This document shows positions 12,746-24,667 of a stretch of 64,000 nucleotides of DNA, in pieces. Position 1 is the first letter of the stretch. Every line of letters begins with the position of its first letter. A program made the translations under genes and the position numbers. This stretch comes from Flectonema sp. DT1601 (taxonomy: Eukaryota), in contig OZ025790.1 in the NCBI GenBank assembly GCA_964019425.1, forward strand, positions 620,001 through 684,000, read 5' to 3'. Below the pieces are notes generated by a model, which saw nothing but the letters and a program-made list of their open reading frames with translations, ran no database searches and was not told the DNA's origin.

Positions 12746-13046
12746 TCTTAAAACTGTTTTATATTACCGAAGTGTGTCTTTGCTTTCAATACGAGTTATT
12801 CGATGAGTAAGATTGACTCACTGCAATAACATATTCTCAAACCTGTGACGGGAAATTAATTATATATTCAGCGAACACAACCAGTAGTATTTCCAAAACA
12901 GTCGTATTCATAATATTATGTTATTATAATCCGAGTGGGGGGGGTGAGAGGAACTTAACCACAATTCCATTTATAATAATAAAATCTATCTACGAATACA
13001 TAATTATTTGTGTTATCTAATTTAAGTAATTATATCTGTGAGATCT

Positions 13047-14309
13047 CTATGTAGTATCTATTCCAGCGTTAACAGCAAGTCCTCGTAGAGTAGCAGCAAC
13101 ACCCTGAAGTTGTTTTTGAGCCTGTTCTTGAAGTACTTGAATTCGTTGATAATCTTCCGAACTTCGAGATGTAGAACGAGACTTCTCTCTAGCAGTAGAA
13201 GACAGAGGTATATTAAGAGGAATTGTACGAAGTGGAGGAGAGAGAGCAGCAGCAGGATCAGCCACAGCAAGAACAGGACCAGTCCCAGGAAGTACATTAT
13301 AATCAACACTCGTTGTGAGAGAATCAAGAAGTGTTGTTACTCCTTTTGACAATTCATCCCTCAAGGCTACTTTTAGAACCGCAGCGTGATTCTCATTCAC
13401 AAACAATCCGTTATCAAGTGGTACTGATCTACTCAACCTTTGATAGACTAAGGTAATTCTATTTTTTAAATCTGCTGACAGGGTTGTTATTTGATGTAAT
13501 TGTTTAAGTAGAGATTCTTCTTCTTTAGCTGCTGCGAGAGCGATGTGTTGAGAGTCGTCTGATTGAAGTTTCATTGAGGCGGCGTGGTTTCCAGTATCAA
13601 TGGACCACTTCTTTTGAAATTTAAGTGAAGTAGTCAACATTTCCATCGCATGACAAGCATTTAATGATTTGATTAATCCTTCCTGTTCCAACTCAGTGTT
13701 ATTACGAGCTAACGTCCTGACGGTATTCTCCAACGAACAGATGTCATAACGAAGACCGTCATCAGCAGCAACAATAGAACTTGGATCACTGTAGGCATTC
13801 TGAAGTTGTAATATTTTATGTTGTTGTTCTCTAATCCACGCGGTCTGTGTTGGAATTGTTCTGTCTAATCGAGAGAGTCCCAACTCAAGTGAAAGTCTGT
13901 CTTCTTCAACTGACTTTAGGATTTCATTAAGTGACTCTTCAGTGTTTATAAGAAGCCGAAGTTCTTGACTCATCACATCTGCAGTTCGATCTTCTTTTGA
14001 TCGAAGAAAAGCTGCCGCTTCTTCCGCATGAATTATTTTAATTTCATCAATAGGAAGTGATTCCAACGCTAGCGTATTGTCTTCAAGCATGTTAGTTAAA
14101 TGTGTTGGTAGGGATATCTCTTCAGTGTTTTCATCTGTTGATTTACTTCTTCCATTTATCGGATTAAATCTCGTCTCTAAGTAATTATTAAACATCTCAT
14201 TAGCTTCTCTCTCTGCGCTCTCAGAGTCGTAGAAATTCATTGAAGCTGCTGAGGTAGTAGTCCCCTGTTTAACTATTCGAGTTGGGGACATAGTACCTTC
14301 GGGATGCAT
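13047..14309 (-). CDS. Hypothetical coiled-coil protein
   Basis: 420-aa open frame with L/E-rich heptads, same strand as neighbours. Confidence 0.65.
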   Translation of the reverse strand: MHPEGTMSPTRIVKQGTTTSAASMNFYDSESAEREANEMFNNYLETRFNPINGRSKSTDENTEEISLPTHLTNMLEDNTLALESLPIDEIKIIHAEEAAAFLRSKEDRTADVMSQELRLLINTEESLNEILKSVEEDRLSLELGLSRLDRTIPTQTAWIREQQHKILQLQNAYSDPSSIVAADDGLRYDICSLENTVRTLARNNTELEQEGLIKSLNACHAMEMLTTSLKFQKKWSIDTGNHAASMKLQSDDSQHIALAAAKEEESLLKQLHQITTLSADLKNRITLVYQRLSRSVPLDNGLFVNENHAAVLKVALRDELSKGVTTLLDSLTTSVDYNVLPGTGPVLAVADPAAALSPPLRTIPLNIPLSSTAREKSRSTSRSSEDYQRIQVLQEQAQKQLQGVAATLRGLAVNAGIDTT

Positions 14310-14353
14310 AGTTCGTGTGGTGGCTCACTGAAACAATGAGGGAGAAAAAAATT

Positions 14354-14384
<31 letters not shown>

Positions 14385-15171
14385 CCAAAAAAATAGCATC
14401 AAATGTCGATCATTATAAAAAAAGTAATGAAAAGAGTTTTTTGCTGTTAACCTGTTAACGTGTAGAACTTAAAAAAGGTGTTTAGTATCTTCAGTCTCAA
14501 CAATGTGCCGTACCAGTACAGATATTTTGTAAGGATTCGCTGTTGGAATCTCAGATTATTCGATGATATATTTCGCAACAGAAAGTTTTCCTTTTCCTTT
14601 TTTTTTTTTTTTTTTTTTTGTGTCTCCAAGTGATTCCTTGAACTAAGAGAAAGTTCTCCCCGACAACTAATCAATTGCAGTCCGTTTGTTTTTTATCCTC
14701 CAACGAGCTGCGGGGATGACAACGGCAGAACGAAAGCTTTTTAACTGCAGCTTCTTCTGTACGAAGACTATGAAAAAAAAAAAAAAATAAATAAAAATAA
14801 AAAGTGAAGAAACCGAAGGGGAAAAAGCCTTTCTCAAGTTTTCCTTTTTTTTCATTTATAGTCACAAGACCAATCACGGATCAGTACCAGAAGCTTTAGA
14901 AAGGCGTTTCAATTCAATTCAACTTCGATAAAAAGAAGAAGTTCTTATGTTCGCGTGCAATGAACAGGGAGCTCAACGTCACTCAATTGTTGAAATCTCA
15001 GTCTCGAAGATTCTACAATTATATTTTGAAAAAAAAAAAAAAAAAACGAAAAATTGAAAATCTGCAAAAAAAAAAAAAAAAAAAAAAAAAGGCGAGACTG
15101 AGCACCCACTGATGCTTCTCTCAGTAAGATGACTCATACGACGTGTACTCAGACGAAAAAATAGAATAAAA

Positions 15172-16060
15172 TTAACTATAACCTCGACCACTAGAAGATG
15201 GAAGTAGTATCGAAACTATTTTATGTGAAAGAGATAATATTCTAAAAGTGAAATGGGGTCTTCCCATATCATCAGCTCTCACAGCAGCTGTTGCCGACGT
15301 AGACACAGCTAGAACTATAAAATGAATAAACAAACCACTGCAATCTGATAACAATAACCGTTTTGACAACCACTTTACTATAAGAAGTGATGGGGCTGAA
15401 AATCCACAGAAGTAGGGAATACGTCTGTCTAAGAATTGTGATTTCAGTCCTCGAGTTACGATGTTCATTCTATCTAATCTTGAAGAGTGACATAAGAAAG
15501 CGAAGACTAAACACTCAACACAAGTAGCAATCACTTCAATAAGAATAATATAATTCCCTAATTCTGTTCTCTTAGTTAGTTCACGTAGTCCCCAAATAAT
15601 AAATAACGGTATCGACATTGTCAATGAATCACTTGTGACTGTTGTAAGCTTCCCAGATACGAATAGTGTTCTGTAATCCCAGGCACCAACACCAACAATT
15701 CCTTGAGACTGTTGAAAGGCTTCAGAGAATAGTTGATCTTGCCAAACCTGTTTTTTTTTTTTTTTGATATCATAAAATTAAATAAAAAACTAATCGACAA
15801 CCCCCTTATAACAATTAACATACGAAGGTAATCGGTGCCGCTATCGTCATAATCAAAAGAGGAGTGAAGAGATCCGGAACAGCTGCTACCACTCCAACTG
15901 CTGGCACAGATGAGATGATCAGCCCCAGAAGACTAACGAGGAAGGAACTCTTTAAAAGGAGCCCCAGAAACAATCCAACATTCAGCCCATGTTGCACCCC
16001 GTCGAGTAAGTATCCGAATTGACGAGCGACTGCCAGCCATTTAGTGCGCCCGAAGCTCAT
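15172..16060 (-). CDS. Hypothetical multi-pass membrane protein; 2 exons
   Basis: Intron 15748-15823 (GTATGT...AAACAG) joins ORF 15815-16060 in frame to ORF 15172-15624; several hydrophobic segments. Confidence 0.65.
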
Positions 16061-16289
16061 TTGAGTGTTCCAACTGCTGTAGTAAAATAGAAGTCACACT
16101 GCTGTACGATCTCAGAGAATATTTAAATTGAGAAAAAGAGTAGGACACGCATATTATTATCTGTTGAGGGGAACATAAGAAATAAATAGTTTCAAAACAT
16201 TAATAACATAATAAGCAATGCGAGATGGTACGCAACATAAGACTGCGTAAGGTAATAAGAAAGTGAAGATGGGGAGGGAGGTTGTCAGG

Positions 16290-18728
16290 TTAAGAAGGAT
16301 CTTTCTTCTTCTCAAGTAGTTTATGCAACACGGTGGGTGAGATGCCGATGCTCCTCTTCGGACGTTTCAATACGGGAGTTTGGTAGCCCAGCATTCGATC
16401 AAATTGACTCATCGTAGTCGTTTCAACTTTTTGATTTTCCACCTCCATCACCTCCTTACCGCGATCACTATCACTTTCTTCTTTAGAAGATTGCCGCAAT
16501 GGAGGAGGAGGAGGAAGACGAGTCCGTTTTTGCATCCGTTGCTTCCGCAATTTTGTCATCTTCAGTTTCCACGCCTCTCTATTAATATTTCTAACCTCAA
16601 CATGTAGTAATGACTTCCTACAAGTACCACAATATGGATTAGAGTAGTCAAGAGCAAGAGCTTTACTAATACACGAAATGTGATAACAATGGCCACAAGA
16701 TAAAGTATAAATATCAATCTTAAGTTCTTCTAGACAGATTAAACATTCCCGTTGAGTATTTTCCGTGTGAATGAATGAAATATTTTGATTACCTTCACTG
16801 TTGTCGGTGATTTCTTTTATTGGAATGACAGGAGTTGAGTTCTTAGGAATTGTCTCCAATTTATTTTGAAGACTGAATGAAGGAATAGAAGTAATATTTG
16901 GATTGCAGGATGTTGTTTTGCTTGAGTTTTCAATCCTCAGGATGGGTTCCTCTGAGGGGCTCTCTGTTGGTTGCTTACTTTCTTGTGAAGGGACAGTATG
17001 AGATTCAGGTTTATTGTGATCATTATTTTCATTCTCATCCTCAACAAGATATACTCTCTCTTCACACAACTGTTGATTAGATTCCGTGACGTCATCATCT
17101 GGACTACGACGAGGGATGTTATTATGTTGTTGAGATTCTCTGATGTCAATACGCTTTTGATTTGATGAATCTTTTGATTGTTGGTCATTACTCAACACGT
17201 CATCTTCCTTAACAGTTGGTTCTAACTTCTCTGTGGTAGTCGAATGTGATGAACTTTCAACTAAAGTAACATCACTGATATTATGTACTTCTGTTGTCGT
17301 ATTTCTTATTGAATTAGATGTCCTTCTAGTGACTGACGGCTGTCGAGTAGTTATCTGACTGCTGTCAACGTCGCCTTCTCTGCTGACGTCATCTTCACAA
17401 ACTTCGAGGTGTTGTTTTTTCATCAGATCATTTGTTGTACGCGAACAACGTTTTCCAAAATATCTTAAATATGGACCGCAATCTGTTTTCAAAAGTTGTG
17501 CCGTCGGTAGTTGTTCAGGTTCTGGAACCTCAGATAGGTGAGTCCTCGGAGGGGTGTTGGAAAGTATTTTTATTTTATTTTCTGGAATATGATCTGTTTC
17601 ACCATCCCACTCTGGTTCTGTTTCCAGTGTCGGTATTTCTTTAGAATTCTGAAGTCTCAGTTGATCAGCCGTCTGCTGAATGTTATTTATGAATGGCTCT
17701 GATACGGACTGTGAACACCTTCTCAGAAGTTCTTCAGTTCTCTCTGTTGAATTCTTTAATTTATTTTCGTGTTGTGGCTGTTCTGACTTTGATGGAAGTG
17801 GTGCTGTCGATTCAGAACAGTCAAACACATTCTTCATCACTTCCTCTGGTGGTTGAGGTTTACTATTTTGGTGCTCTGATTCTAATGTCTCTTTCAGTAT
17901 TGAATTACTAGAATCTCGTACCTCAACAGATGAAGAAGATGATTTACTTTTTGAATGGAATCCGTTCTGTTGTTGAGCTGACTGGTCGCCAGCAGATGTT
18001 TCTTTCAATTCGATCTGAGTTCCCATTTGTTGAATTCCTTCGACGGACTTCACAACCGACACTTCCAAAGGTGAGTGAGAAGTAGTCTTCTCAAGTGTTG
18101 GGGAACTGTCTGTTTGTTGATCTGACAGATTGACGGCTGCTAATTCCAACTTCCCGACATCATCATGAACTCCAAGACAGGAACGAATAGACGGAGACTT
18201 CAACCGTTGTGATGTCGTAGAAGAGTAACGTTGAGTCCCAAAACTGTGACCGTCGGAGTGAAGATTCTCTACTTCGACTGACTTCTCAAGTGAGTGTCGT
18301 CTGTCGGATATTACTTTTAGATTGAGCATCTGGTGTGTTCCTGCAGTGGTGGTGTTGCTGGTGATTTCACTCTTGTCGTTCATCAGTAGAACATGTTGTT
18401 GGGTAACAGAACCTTCAGTAGTCTTCTCACTCCCCAGAGATCCTTTCTTAACTGACTCTAAGGAAGTGTTGACGTCCTCAGCAGTTGCGCCAACAACTAC
18501 AAGAAGAGGAGTGACTGGTCTCTCTGAAGTTCCACAATCAGATTGATCATCTCGCACACAACGAGATGAATTGTTATTTAAATAAATTATTTTCTCATCA
18601 GATGGAAGTGAAGTTTCTCGAAGTCCCCGAACTACCTCCGTCAGGTCCTTTAGACTTCCTTCCAACCTGGTTAACCTTTCCGCACTGATGCTTACGATTG
18701 AAAGTATTTCCTTAACAAGATTGTCCAT
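16290..18728 (-). CDS. RING-H2 finger protein (probable E3 ligase) with long disordered region
   Basis: CLICLEELKIDIYTLSCGHCYHISCISKALALDYSNPYCGTC fits C3H2C3. Confidence 0.8.
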   Translation of the reverse strand: MDNLVKEILSIVSISAERLTRLEGSLKDLTEVVRGLRETSLPSDEKIIYLNNNSSRCVRDDQSDCGTSERPVTPLLVVVGATAEDVNTSLESVKKGSLGSEKTTEGSVTQQHVLLMNDKSEITSNTTTAGTHQMLNLKVISDRRHSLEKSVEVENLHSDGHSFGTQRYSSTTSQRLKSPSIRSCLGVHDDVGKLELAAVNLSDQQTDSSPTLEKTTSHSPLEVSVVKSVEGIQQMGTQIELKETSAGDQSAQQQNGFHSKSKSSSSSVEVRDSSNSILKETLESEHQNSKPQPPEEVMKNVFDCSESTAPLPSKSEQPQHENKLKNSTERTEELLRRCSQSVSEPFINNIQQTADQLRLQNSKEIPTLETEPEWDGETDHIPENKIKILSNTPPRTHLSEVPEPEQLPTAQLLKTDCGPYLRYFGKRCSRTTNDLMKKQHLEVCEDDVSREGDVDSSQITTRQPSVTRRTSNSIRNTTTEVHNISDVTLVESSSHSTTTEKLEPTVKEDDVLSNDQQSKDSSNQKRIDIRESQQHNNIPRRSPDDDVTESNQQLCEERVYLVEDENENNDHNKPESHTVPSQESKQPTESPSEEPILRIENSSKTTSCNPNITSIPSFSLQNKLETIPKNSTPVIPIKEITDNSEGNQNISFIHTENTQRECLICLEELKIDIYTLSCGHCYHISCISKALALDYSNPYCGTCRKSLLHVEVRNINREAWKLKMTKLRKQRMQKRTRLPPPPPLRQSSKEESDSDRGKEVMEVENQKVETTTMSQFDRMLGYQTPVLKRPKRSIGISPTVLHKLLEKKKDPS

Positions 18729-19052
18729 CAGAGGTTGTGTTGTGTTTAGAATTTAATTTATTACTCTCCGCCCCACTCCATCTGTGTGAGTCCTGTCGGG
18801 TTAGAATTATTTATTTATTCCGCAACAGTGTTCATGTTCACAACAGACACAGCGAATTCCCAAAGAACACTGGCTTGGGTAAGTTCAAACTCTCAGAGAG
18901 AGCCTTCATTGTATCGAAAGATTTCTCAGTTAAATATTAATAATAAAATAGTAAAACAAAACAGAATTGGTACCCAGGAGGAGGGTACAGATGTTTCGGA
19001 GACAAAATCAGAAACAAAATCAAATACGAAGTAAAAATACAAAAGGAACACA

Positions 19053-21062
19053 TCAGTTCCCTTGTTCTTGGCGTTTCTTCGCAAGTTTAGCAGCAAGTTC
19101 ATCCATCACACTCATCGGACCAGATGGAGGCTTCTTCGTGGTTGCCTTCGAAGCATTGTCATCCTTAACAACTTTTTTTAGTTTAAAACCACCAGCACTT
19201 ATTGCAGCAAAGAGTTCGTTGTGAGCACCACCTCCTCCTCCTCCAGAAGGTTTTGCTGCACCACCTCCAGAACTTGAAGGAGGAAGTGGAGGAGGTTTAC
19301 TCACAGGCGCCTTCCACCCAGCGGGTGGTGGCGGTGGTGGAGGAGGAATCCCCTTCCCACCAGGTGGGGGTGGAGGAACACCGCCTCCGCCGGGTGGCGG
19401 TGGGGGTGCTCTGCCAGCTGGGGGAGGTGGTGCGACACCTACAGGTGGTGGGGGTGCGACCCTTGTTGGTGGAGGCGGAGGCGCACCTCTCACAGGTGGA
19501 GGCGGTGGAACACTTCCCACAGTTGGTGGCGGCGGTGGGATATTTTTCACAGCTGCCGGTGGCGGAGCTCCACTTCCCGCTGGTTGTATCGGAGGCGGTG
19601 CGACGCTCCTCGCAGCTGGTGGCGGAGGCGGAACCCCGCTTCCCACAATCGGAGGCGGTGCGACAACCCTCGCTGGTGGAGGTGGCGGAACAGGTGCTGC
19701 TGCTGCTGCTTGTGAAGGTTGCGGTAGAGGAACACACTTTGAAGGAGGCGGCGGAAGACTATTTACGGGTGGAGGCGGCACACCCGCAGCAGATGGCGGA
19801 ACAGTTTTTGGAACAGCAGCTGGTGGAAGTATCTCCGCAGGTGCTGTGAGAGGTTTCACAACAGCAGCAGATGGTTTCAGAGGGATGATGTCAGACGGAG
19901 GAACCGCAGCGGTCGTTGTGGGAAAAGTAACTGGTGGCGGCGGTGCAGAATTTACTGAACCCTGAGTAGGTTTAATCGGCTGCGTTGGTTGAGTGTTCGC
20001 TACTGGTTGAGGAACAGGTGAGGTTTGCTTTACAGTTGTAGGCGCTGGGTCATCCCACCAATCATCAGAGTCCTCATCTGCTGTTTGTTTAGAGGGTGTT
20101 GGAGCTCCACCAACAGGAGTGTTGCTATCGATTCCTTTTATAACACTTGGTGGAGAACTCTGAACTCCAAAAGCAGGAAATTGAACATCACTTTCATTAT
20201 CGGTTGGGCTGTCGAGGTTACTAAAAAACGGAAATGCCGAAGTAGCCATCTCAACAACGGGTGCTGTTGCTGAATTCGGAGGAACGTTTTTCGAGGCAGT
20301 CGGAGGGGTATCAGACATGAAGAAATTAATACCACCACCACCACTTTCACCGCCACCACTTGCAGTGCTTTTAGGTGTCTCAAGACCTTCTTTAGTTGGT
20401 GAAGCAAGTGAAGCAGGTGTGGGAGACAATGTCTTGAACAAATCTACTGCAGGAGGAGGAGACTCGATTTTTTCGCTACTTTTTACAGATTCTGGAGTCT
20501 GTTCTGCGACAGCATCTGAAACAGGACTCTTACTAAATAAAGATTGCGGTGCTGAAACTGGTGTCCCAAGTGATTGTTTCTCTGACACTATTCTCCTTAA
20601 AGGAGTAGCAGGTCCCATTCCCTGCATCACTTCAGGAAGTTTCGTAGCAGTGAAATCACTCAAATCTTTCCTTCTAACAACTCTTCTCCTTGCGATTGGA
20701 GTAACAATTTCGAAGGATTTCTGTTCAGGAACACTCTTCATGTAGGATGGAACTTGCAGATAATCGACACCTCCTTTAACACGAATATTGTGAAGCTCTT
20801 GGTCTATTGATTGAGTCATTAAGATGACTTCACGTAGTTTACCATGATGTAAATTATTAACCTCATTCAGTACTTCCTTACCAATAACTCCAATGTGATA
20901 TGTTAAGTGAGGTGCTGCCTTCTCAGCATAGTCATGGAGGGATGAAAACATCTTAGCTCCACAGTCTTTTTTTACTTCACTCTTTCCCCATTCGACGATC
21001 GCATCTAACTTTTCACGTGTTGCTTTGAGACCTTTAAATGCTTCGGTAGTCTTGTTTGTCAT
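19053..21062 (-). CDS. Polyproline/WH2 actin-regulatory protein (WASP/WIP/WASH-like architecture)
   Basis: Multiple PPPPP tracts followed by the WH2 motif AHNELFAAISAGGFKLKKV and a terminal helix MSVMDELAAKLAKKR. Confidence 0.75.
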   Translation of the reverse strand: MTNKTTEAFKGLKATREKLDAIVEWGKSEVKKDCGAKMFSSLHDYAEKAAPHLTYHIGVIGKEVLNEVNNLHHGKLREVILMTQSIDQELHNIRVKGGVDYLQVPSYMKSVPEQKSFEIVTPIARRRVVRRKDLSDFTATKLPEVMQGMGPATPLRRIVSEKQSLGTPVSAPQSLFSKSPVSDAVAEQTPESVKSSEKIESPPPAVDLFKTLSPTPASLASPTKEGLETPKSTASGGGESGGGGINFFMSDTPPTASKNVPPNSATAPVVEMATSAFPFFSNLDSPTDNESDVQFPAFGVQSSPPSVIKGIDSNTPVGGAPTPSKQTADEDSDDWWDDPAPTTVKQTSPVPQPVANTQPTQPIKPTQGSVNSAPPPPVTFPTTTAAVPPSDIIPLKPSAAVVKPLTAPAEILPPAAVPKTVPPSAAGVPPPPVNSLPPPPSKCVPLPQPSQAAAAAPVPPPPPARVVAPPPIVGSGVPPPPPAARSVAPPPIQPAGSGAPPPAAVKNIPPPPPTVGSVPPPPPVRGAPPPPPTRVAPPPPVGVAPPPPAGRAPPPPPGGGGVPPPPPGGKGIPPPPPPPPAGWKAPVSKPPPLPPSSSGGGAAKPSGGGGGGAHNELFAAISAGGFKLKKVVKDDNASKATTKKPPSGPMSVMDELAAKLAKKRQEQGN

Positions 21063-21800
21063 TTCCTTATTAGACTGTCGGAGGTAGAACGAAAAAACAA
21101 ATTAAATTCAACTAATCAACGGAAAAGTCTTTTTTTTTTATAAATATAAATCATAAAAAAGGGAGAGTTAGATAAGGAAGTCCAATACATTGCGTACTGT
21201 GCATCGCTGATACAGCAAACTGGAGAGCATCGGGTTAACTCCCTAGAGCTACGAGGCAACAGCAACAAAAGTCAGAAGTCATCAGTTGCATTGGCAAAAA
21301 AACAAAAGTAAAAAAGAGTTTTGGCTTTATCTTAAATTAGTAACATAACACTTTCTTTTTAATGTTTTATGTGTAATGAAACCCGTGCTGCCAAACATTC
21401 TTTTTTTTTCGTTACAATATTTTGTTTAAAATACAAAAAAACAAAAACAAACAAAAAAAAAGCCAATGTTTTCTGAAATTTTGATATTGTGTTCAAAATG
21501 TAATCACAGAAATATAGAATTCGATGATGGAGTACAACATGGAAAAAATAAAAAAATAAATAAATTAAATAATTGTTGAGAACAGGTCAAGTGTTGTAAT
21601 CGTAGTTGTGAATTGAAAAGAAACAAAACACACTTTATGTCGACAATTACTGGAAAGACAAGAAATACCCATCTCGACACGTAGGGGGTCAAGATTGAAT
21701 GGAGAAAAGAGAGCAAACGGATTCGCGATAATTAAATCACCACAACCAAGAATAAGAAAAGTATATAATCATTTTTTTTAAATTACATCCAACACTCTCC

Positions 21801-23333
21801 TTAGTAATTTCTAAAAGCACACCCACCATTGGGTCCTTGGTACTCACAAATTGATTGGCAGAATTGCCCACCACAGTCGTTACTCCATCTTTCAAATGGA
21901 AATTTCGGGAGTCGATGTTCCCATTTACCATCTGCAATAAGTTGATTTATGTCTGGAACTGAATCTGAGATTGTGAAGTTAACAATAGTTCCGAAGACTT
22001 GCACGACGGGAACACCAAGTTCTGAATAACCAGATCCTCTCATTGTAAATATACTCAGAGGTAAGTGTGTTGAATTAACACCGACAACGTGTTCAGATAA
22101 TTGTCTCTTCAGAGGAACATGAAGAGGGTAGTTCATCGTGACACCAATTTGAGCATCTAACTGAATATCAGCGACTACTGGAAGTGTATTATCATCACCC
22201 TGCTCAACGATTAACATAAACTTTTGTAACCTACTCGTGTATTCATTCGTAAATCCCCAAGTCTGAAGGATTGTTCCGCTTTCAAGTGAGTTCAGAGAAG
22301 CTGCCATGTTAGCAGCCGACTCTGCACCGCTCAGACAGATTTTTGCTGCACACCAATTGTACGCAATTTCAAACTGTTCAGTCTCTGTGTAGTTACCCCA
22401 AGTTGGTTGAAGTGTAATAGATGTGATTAGATTCGCTCTATCAGAACTATAAACTTTCGATAGTTTCACAATCACATCTTGAAGACGAGCCTCATCTGAA
22501 TTAATAGTCGCATTCAAGACAGTCTCTACTTCGTTGACGTTAAGATATTGTTTTAGGAGAGTTGTGAAGGTCTGCATGTGGTCACTGTCAACAACCCAAT
22601 CCACGAAATTTACTTTCCCCTGTTCTGTGAAAAGTGGAATAGTCGGAGATGGAGGGAAGGCGATGTACCACGAAGAGCAGTTCCCGTCACCAACAGAGGG
22701 GTAGAAACTAAAACTAAGATCTCTGTCTTCTAATCTTCGGTCGTATGACACCCAATAAGGTCCGTAATGAGCACCTGGCTTATGATCCCACCAAATAGTA
22801 CTAAAGTTTCTACCACTTGGTTGTTTGTCAGGGAAGACTGTTCCATTTTTAAGAGATTCAGTGATGTCGCTATAGAAGCCGTGATACCACTTTGGGATCA
22901 CATTTAATAATGGTGTTGTTGGATTACTGAGATATGTTTGATAACGATTATTAAATCTTTTAAAGATTGAAGTCAGTTGTGTTGTTCTAATCAACTGCCA
23001 AGGTTTTAATGGAAGAGGGAGTGAAGACATCATATTTAGTAACACATCAGTCACTGAGAGAATGGATTTTAAAATAGCTGCTTGCTTCTCATTAGGAAGA
23101 GGTCCCTGACCGACACCATCAGACGGAAAGTATTCTGCGATTGCTGCTAACTCGTCTCGGCTGTAATGGAACTGCGCGTTGTGTCTGTCGTCAATTAATT
23201 GTTCTCTCCACAGGGCTGCTATGTTGACATCTCCGCACATTAGTTCTTGAACTCTTCCTGTTGCATTAGTACACGTCGGTATTTGTTGTGCAACACAACC
23301 AACACAAAAACTCATCCAAAGTGACTTCCACAT
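21801..23333 (-). CDS. Hypothetical secreted protein
   Basis: 510-aa ORF with an N-terminal signal-like segment and Cys-rich C-terminus; family not recognised. Confidence 0.65.
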   Translation of the reverse strand: MWKSLWMSFCVGCVAQQIPTCTNATGRVQELMCGDVNIAALWREQLIDDRHNAQFHYSRDELAAIAEYFPSDGVGQGPLPNEKQAAILKSILSVTDVLLNMMSSLPLPLKPWQLIRTTQLTSIFKRFNNRYQTYLSNPTTPLLNVIPKWYHGFYSDITESLKNGTVFPDKQPSGRNFSTIWWDHKPGAHYGPYWVSYDRRLEDRDLSFSFYPSVGDGNCSSWYIAFPPSPTIPLFTEQGKVNFVDWVVDSDHMQTFTTLLKQYLNVNEVETVLNATINSDEARLQDVIVKLSKVYSSDRANLITSITLQPTWGNYTETEQFEIAYNWCAAKICLSGAESAANMAASLNSLESGTILQTWGFTNEYTSRLQKFMLIVEQGDDNTLPVVADIQLDAQIGVTMNYPLHVPLKRQLSEHVVGVNSTHLPLSIFTMRGSGYSELGVPVVQVFGTIVNFTISDSVPDINQLIADGKWEHRLPKFPFERWSNDCGGQFCQSICEYQGPNGGCAFRNY

Positions 23334-23462
23334 GATAATGTGTTTATCTGATTAAAGTTATTTTACTAAAGAAATTCTTTTATAAAAGTTTCTCACAATT
23401 AATGAGATCTCTCGTTTAGGAGAACATGAGTCTTCAGACCACTACCGTCACTGTCCTCACAG

Positions 23463-24605
23463 CTAAGTTAATCCCTTTACTTTGGAGTAAAGGAAATCAA
23501 CTTTGTCACGATGAGCTATTCTCTCACATCCATCCATAAAATATGGACCAACAGACTTAACATCACAAAGTCCAGATAGGTTAACGCTGACAGACGTGCA
23601 ACCACAGAGAAAAAACCTTCCAACTGACTGGACGCTACTGAAGGATGACAAGTCCAACGACTCAACACCAGTGCAACCACAGAGAAAGTAATCATTTATA
23701 TTTGTGATATTCTTAAGACTAGACAAGTCCATTGAAGTGACAGACGTACATCCGCTTATAAAGTTTTTACTTATGGACTTCAGACCCTCAAGGTCGGGTA
23801 AAATAAGATTCTCAACAGAACCACAACCAGAAATGAAATAACTTCCAATCGACGAGATCTTCTCCAAAGGTGACAAGTCTAGCTCGACAATAGAAACACA
23901 ATTACAAAGAAAGTAGTTTCCAATGGATGTGACGTTCCTTAAACCTGAAAGATTCAACGTCGATAAAGAATAACAATTCTCAACAAACGAATCCCCAACA
24001 ACAGTGACGCTACTGAAGACTGACAGATTTAGTGAAATGAGTGATTTCTGTTTGTATAAAAATGAATTTCCTATTTCAGTAATAAACTTAAGACCCGTCA
24101 AATCCAACTCTGACGCTATCGACAATGATAAGAACGCATCAGAAACTGAAGTAATTGAGGTGCTGGGGTTACAAAATTCTATTTTGTGAAGAGTCTGCCA
24201 ATCAGAAATAACAACACAACCCTCCACCGCAAACGACGGAGTATCAAAACGGAATACTCTTTCAGGATTTGTGTGAAATAGATTAAGAACTTTAAGTCTT
24301 TTATTTACATCAGTAAACCATTCCCTATCAAATAACTTCATCATACTAACAACAACTTGTGACTCAGACTCCACACCCAACGATAGTAACGTAGCTGATG
24401 ATGAAAGGACTTCTCCCGCAAATGAGATTTCAATAAAATCGACGTCAATATTCCACTCATCAGCTGCTGCCTGAGCTGCATCCTTCACAGTAGAGGTAGT
24501 GGTCATTATAAAAAGTATATCAGAAAATCCAAACTCAGAACATGTCATAAATAAATTCATATTCGTTGTGGCTGACTTTGATAAAATGAAAAGAGAAGTA
24601 AACAA
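23463..24605 (-). CDS. Ubiquitin-like domain + BspA-like LRR protein (true start probably MNLF near 24561)
   Basis: Ubl-like N-terminus (STVKDAAQAAADEW...IEISFAGEVLSSSATLLSLGV) and repeats LDLSxLxxVTSIGxYFLxGC. Confidence 0.75.
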   Translation of the reverse strand: MFTSLFILSKSATTNMNLFMTCSEFGFSDILFIMTTTSTVKDAAQAAADEWNIDVDFIEISFAGEVLSSSATLLSLGVESESQVVVSMMKLFDREWFTDVNKRLKVLNLFHTNPERVFRFDTPSFAVEGCVVISDWQTLHKIEFCNPSTSITSVSDAFLSLSIASELDLTGLKFITEIGNSFLYKQKSLISLNLSVFSSVTVVGDSFVENCYSLSTLNLSGLRNVTSIGNYFLCNCVSIVELDLSPLEKISSIGSYFISGCGSVENLILPDLEGLKSISKNFISGCTSVTSMDLSSLKNITNINDYFLCGCTGVESLDLSSFSSVQSVGRFFLCGCTSVSVNLSGLCDVKSVGPYFMDGCERIAHRDKVDFLYSKVKGLT

Positions 24606-24667
24606 ATCAAACCAACCAAGAGTTGTAAAGGAACATCAATAAGAGTTTCACTAACTTTGTGTAATAT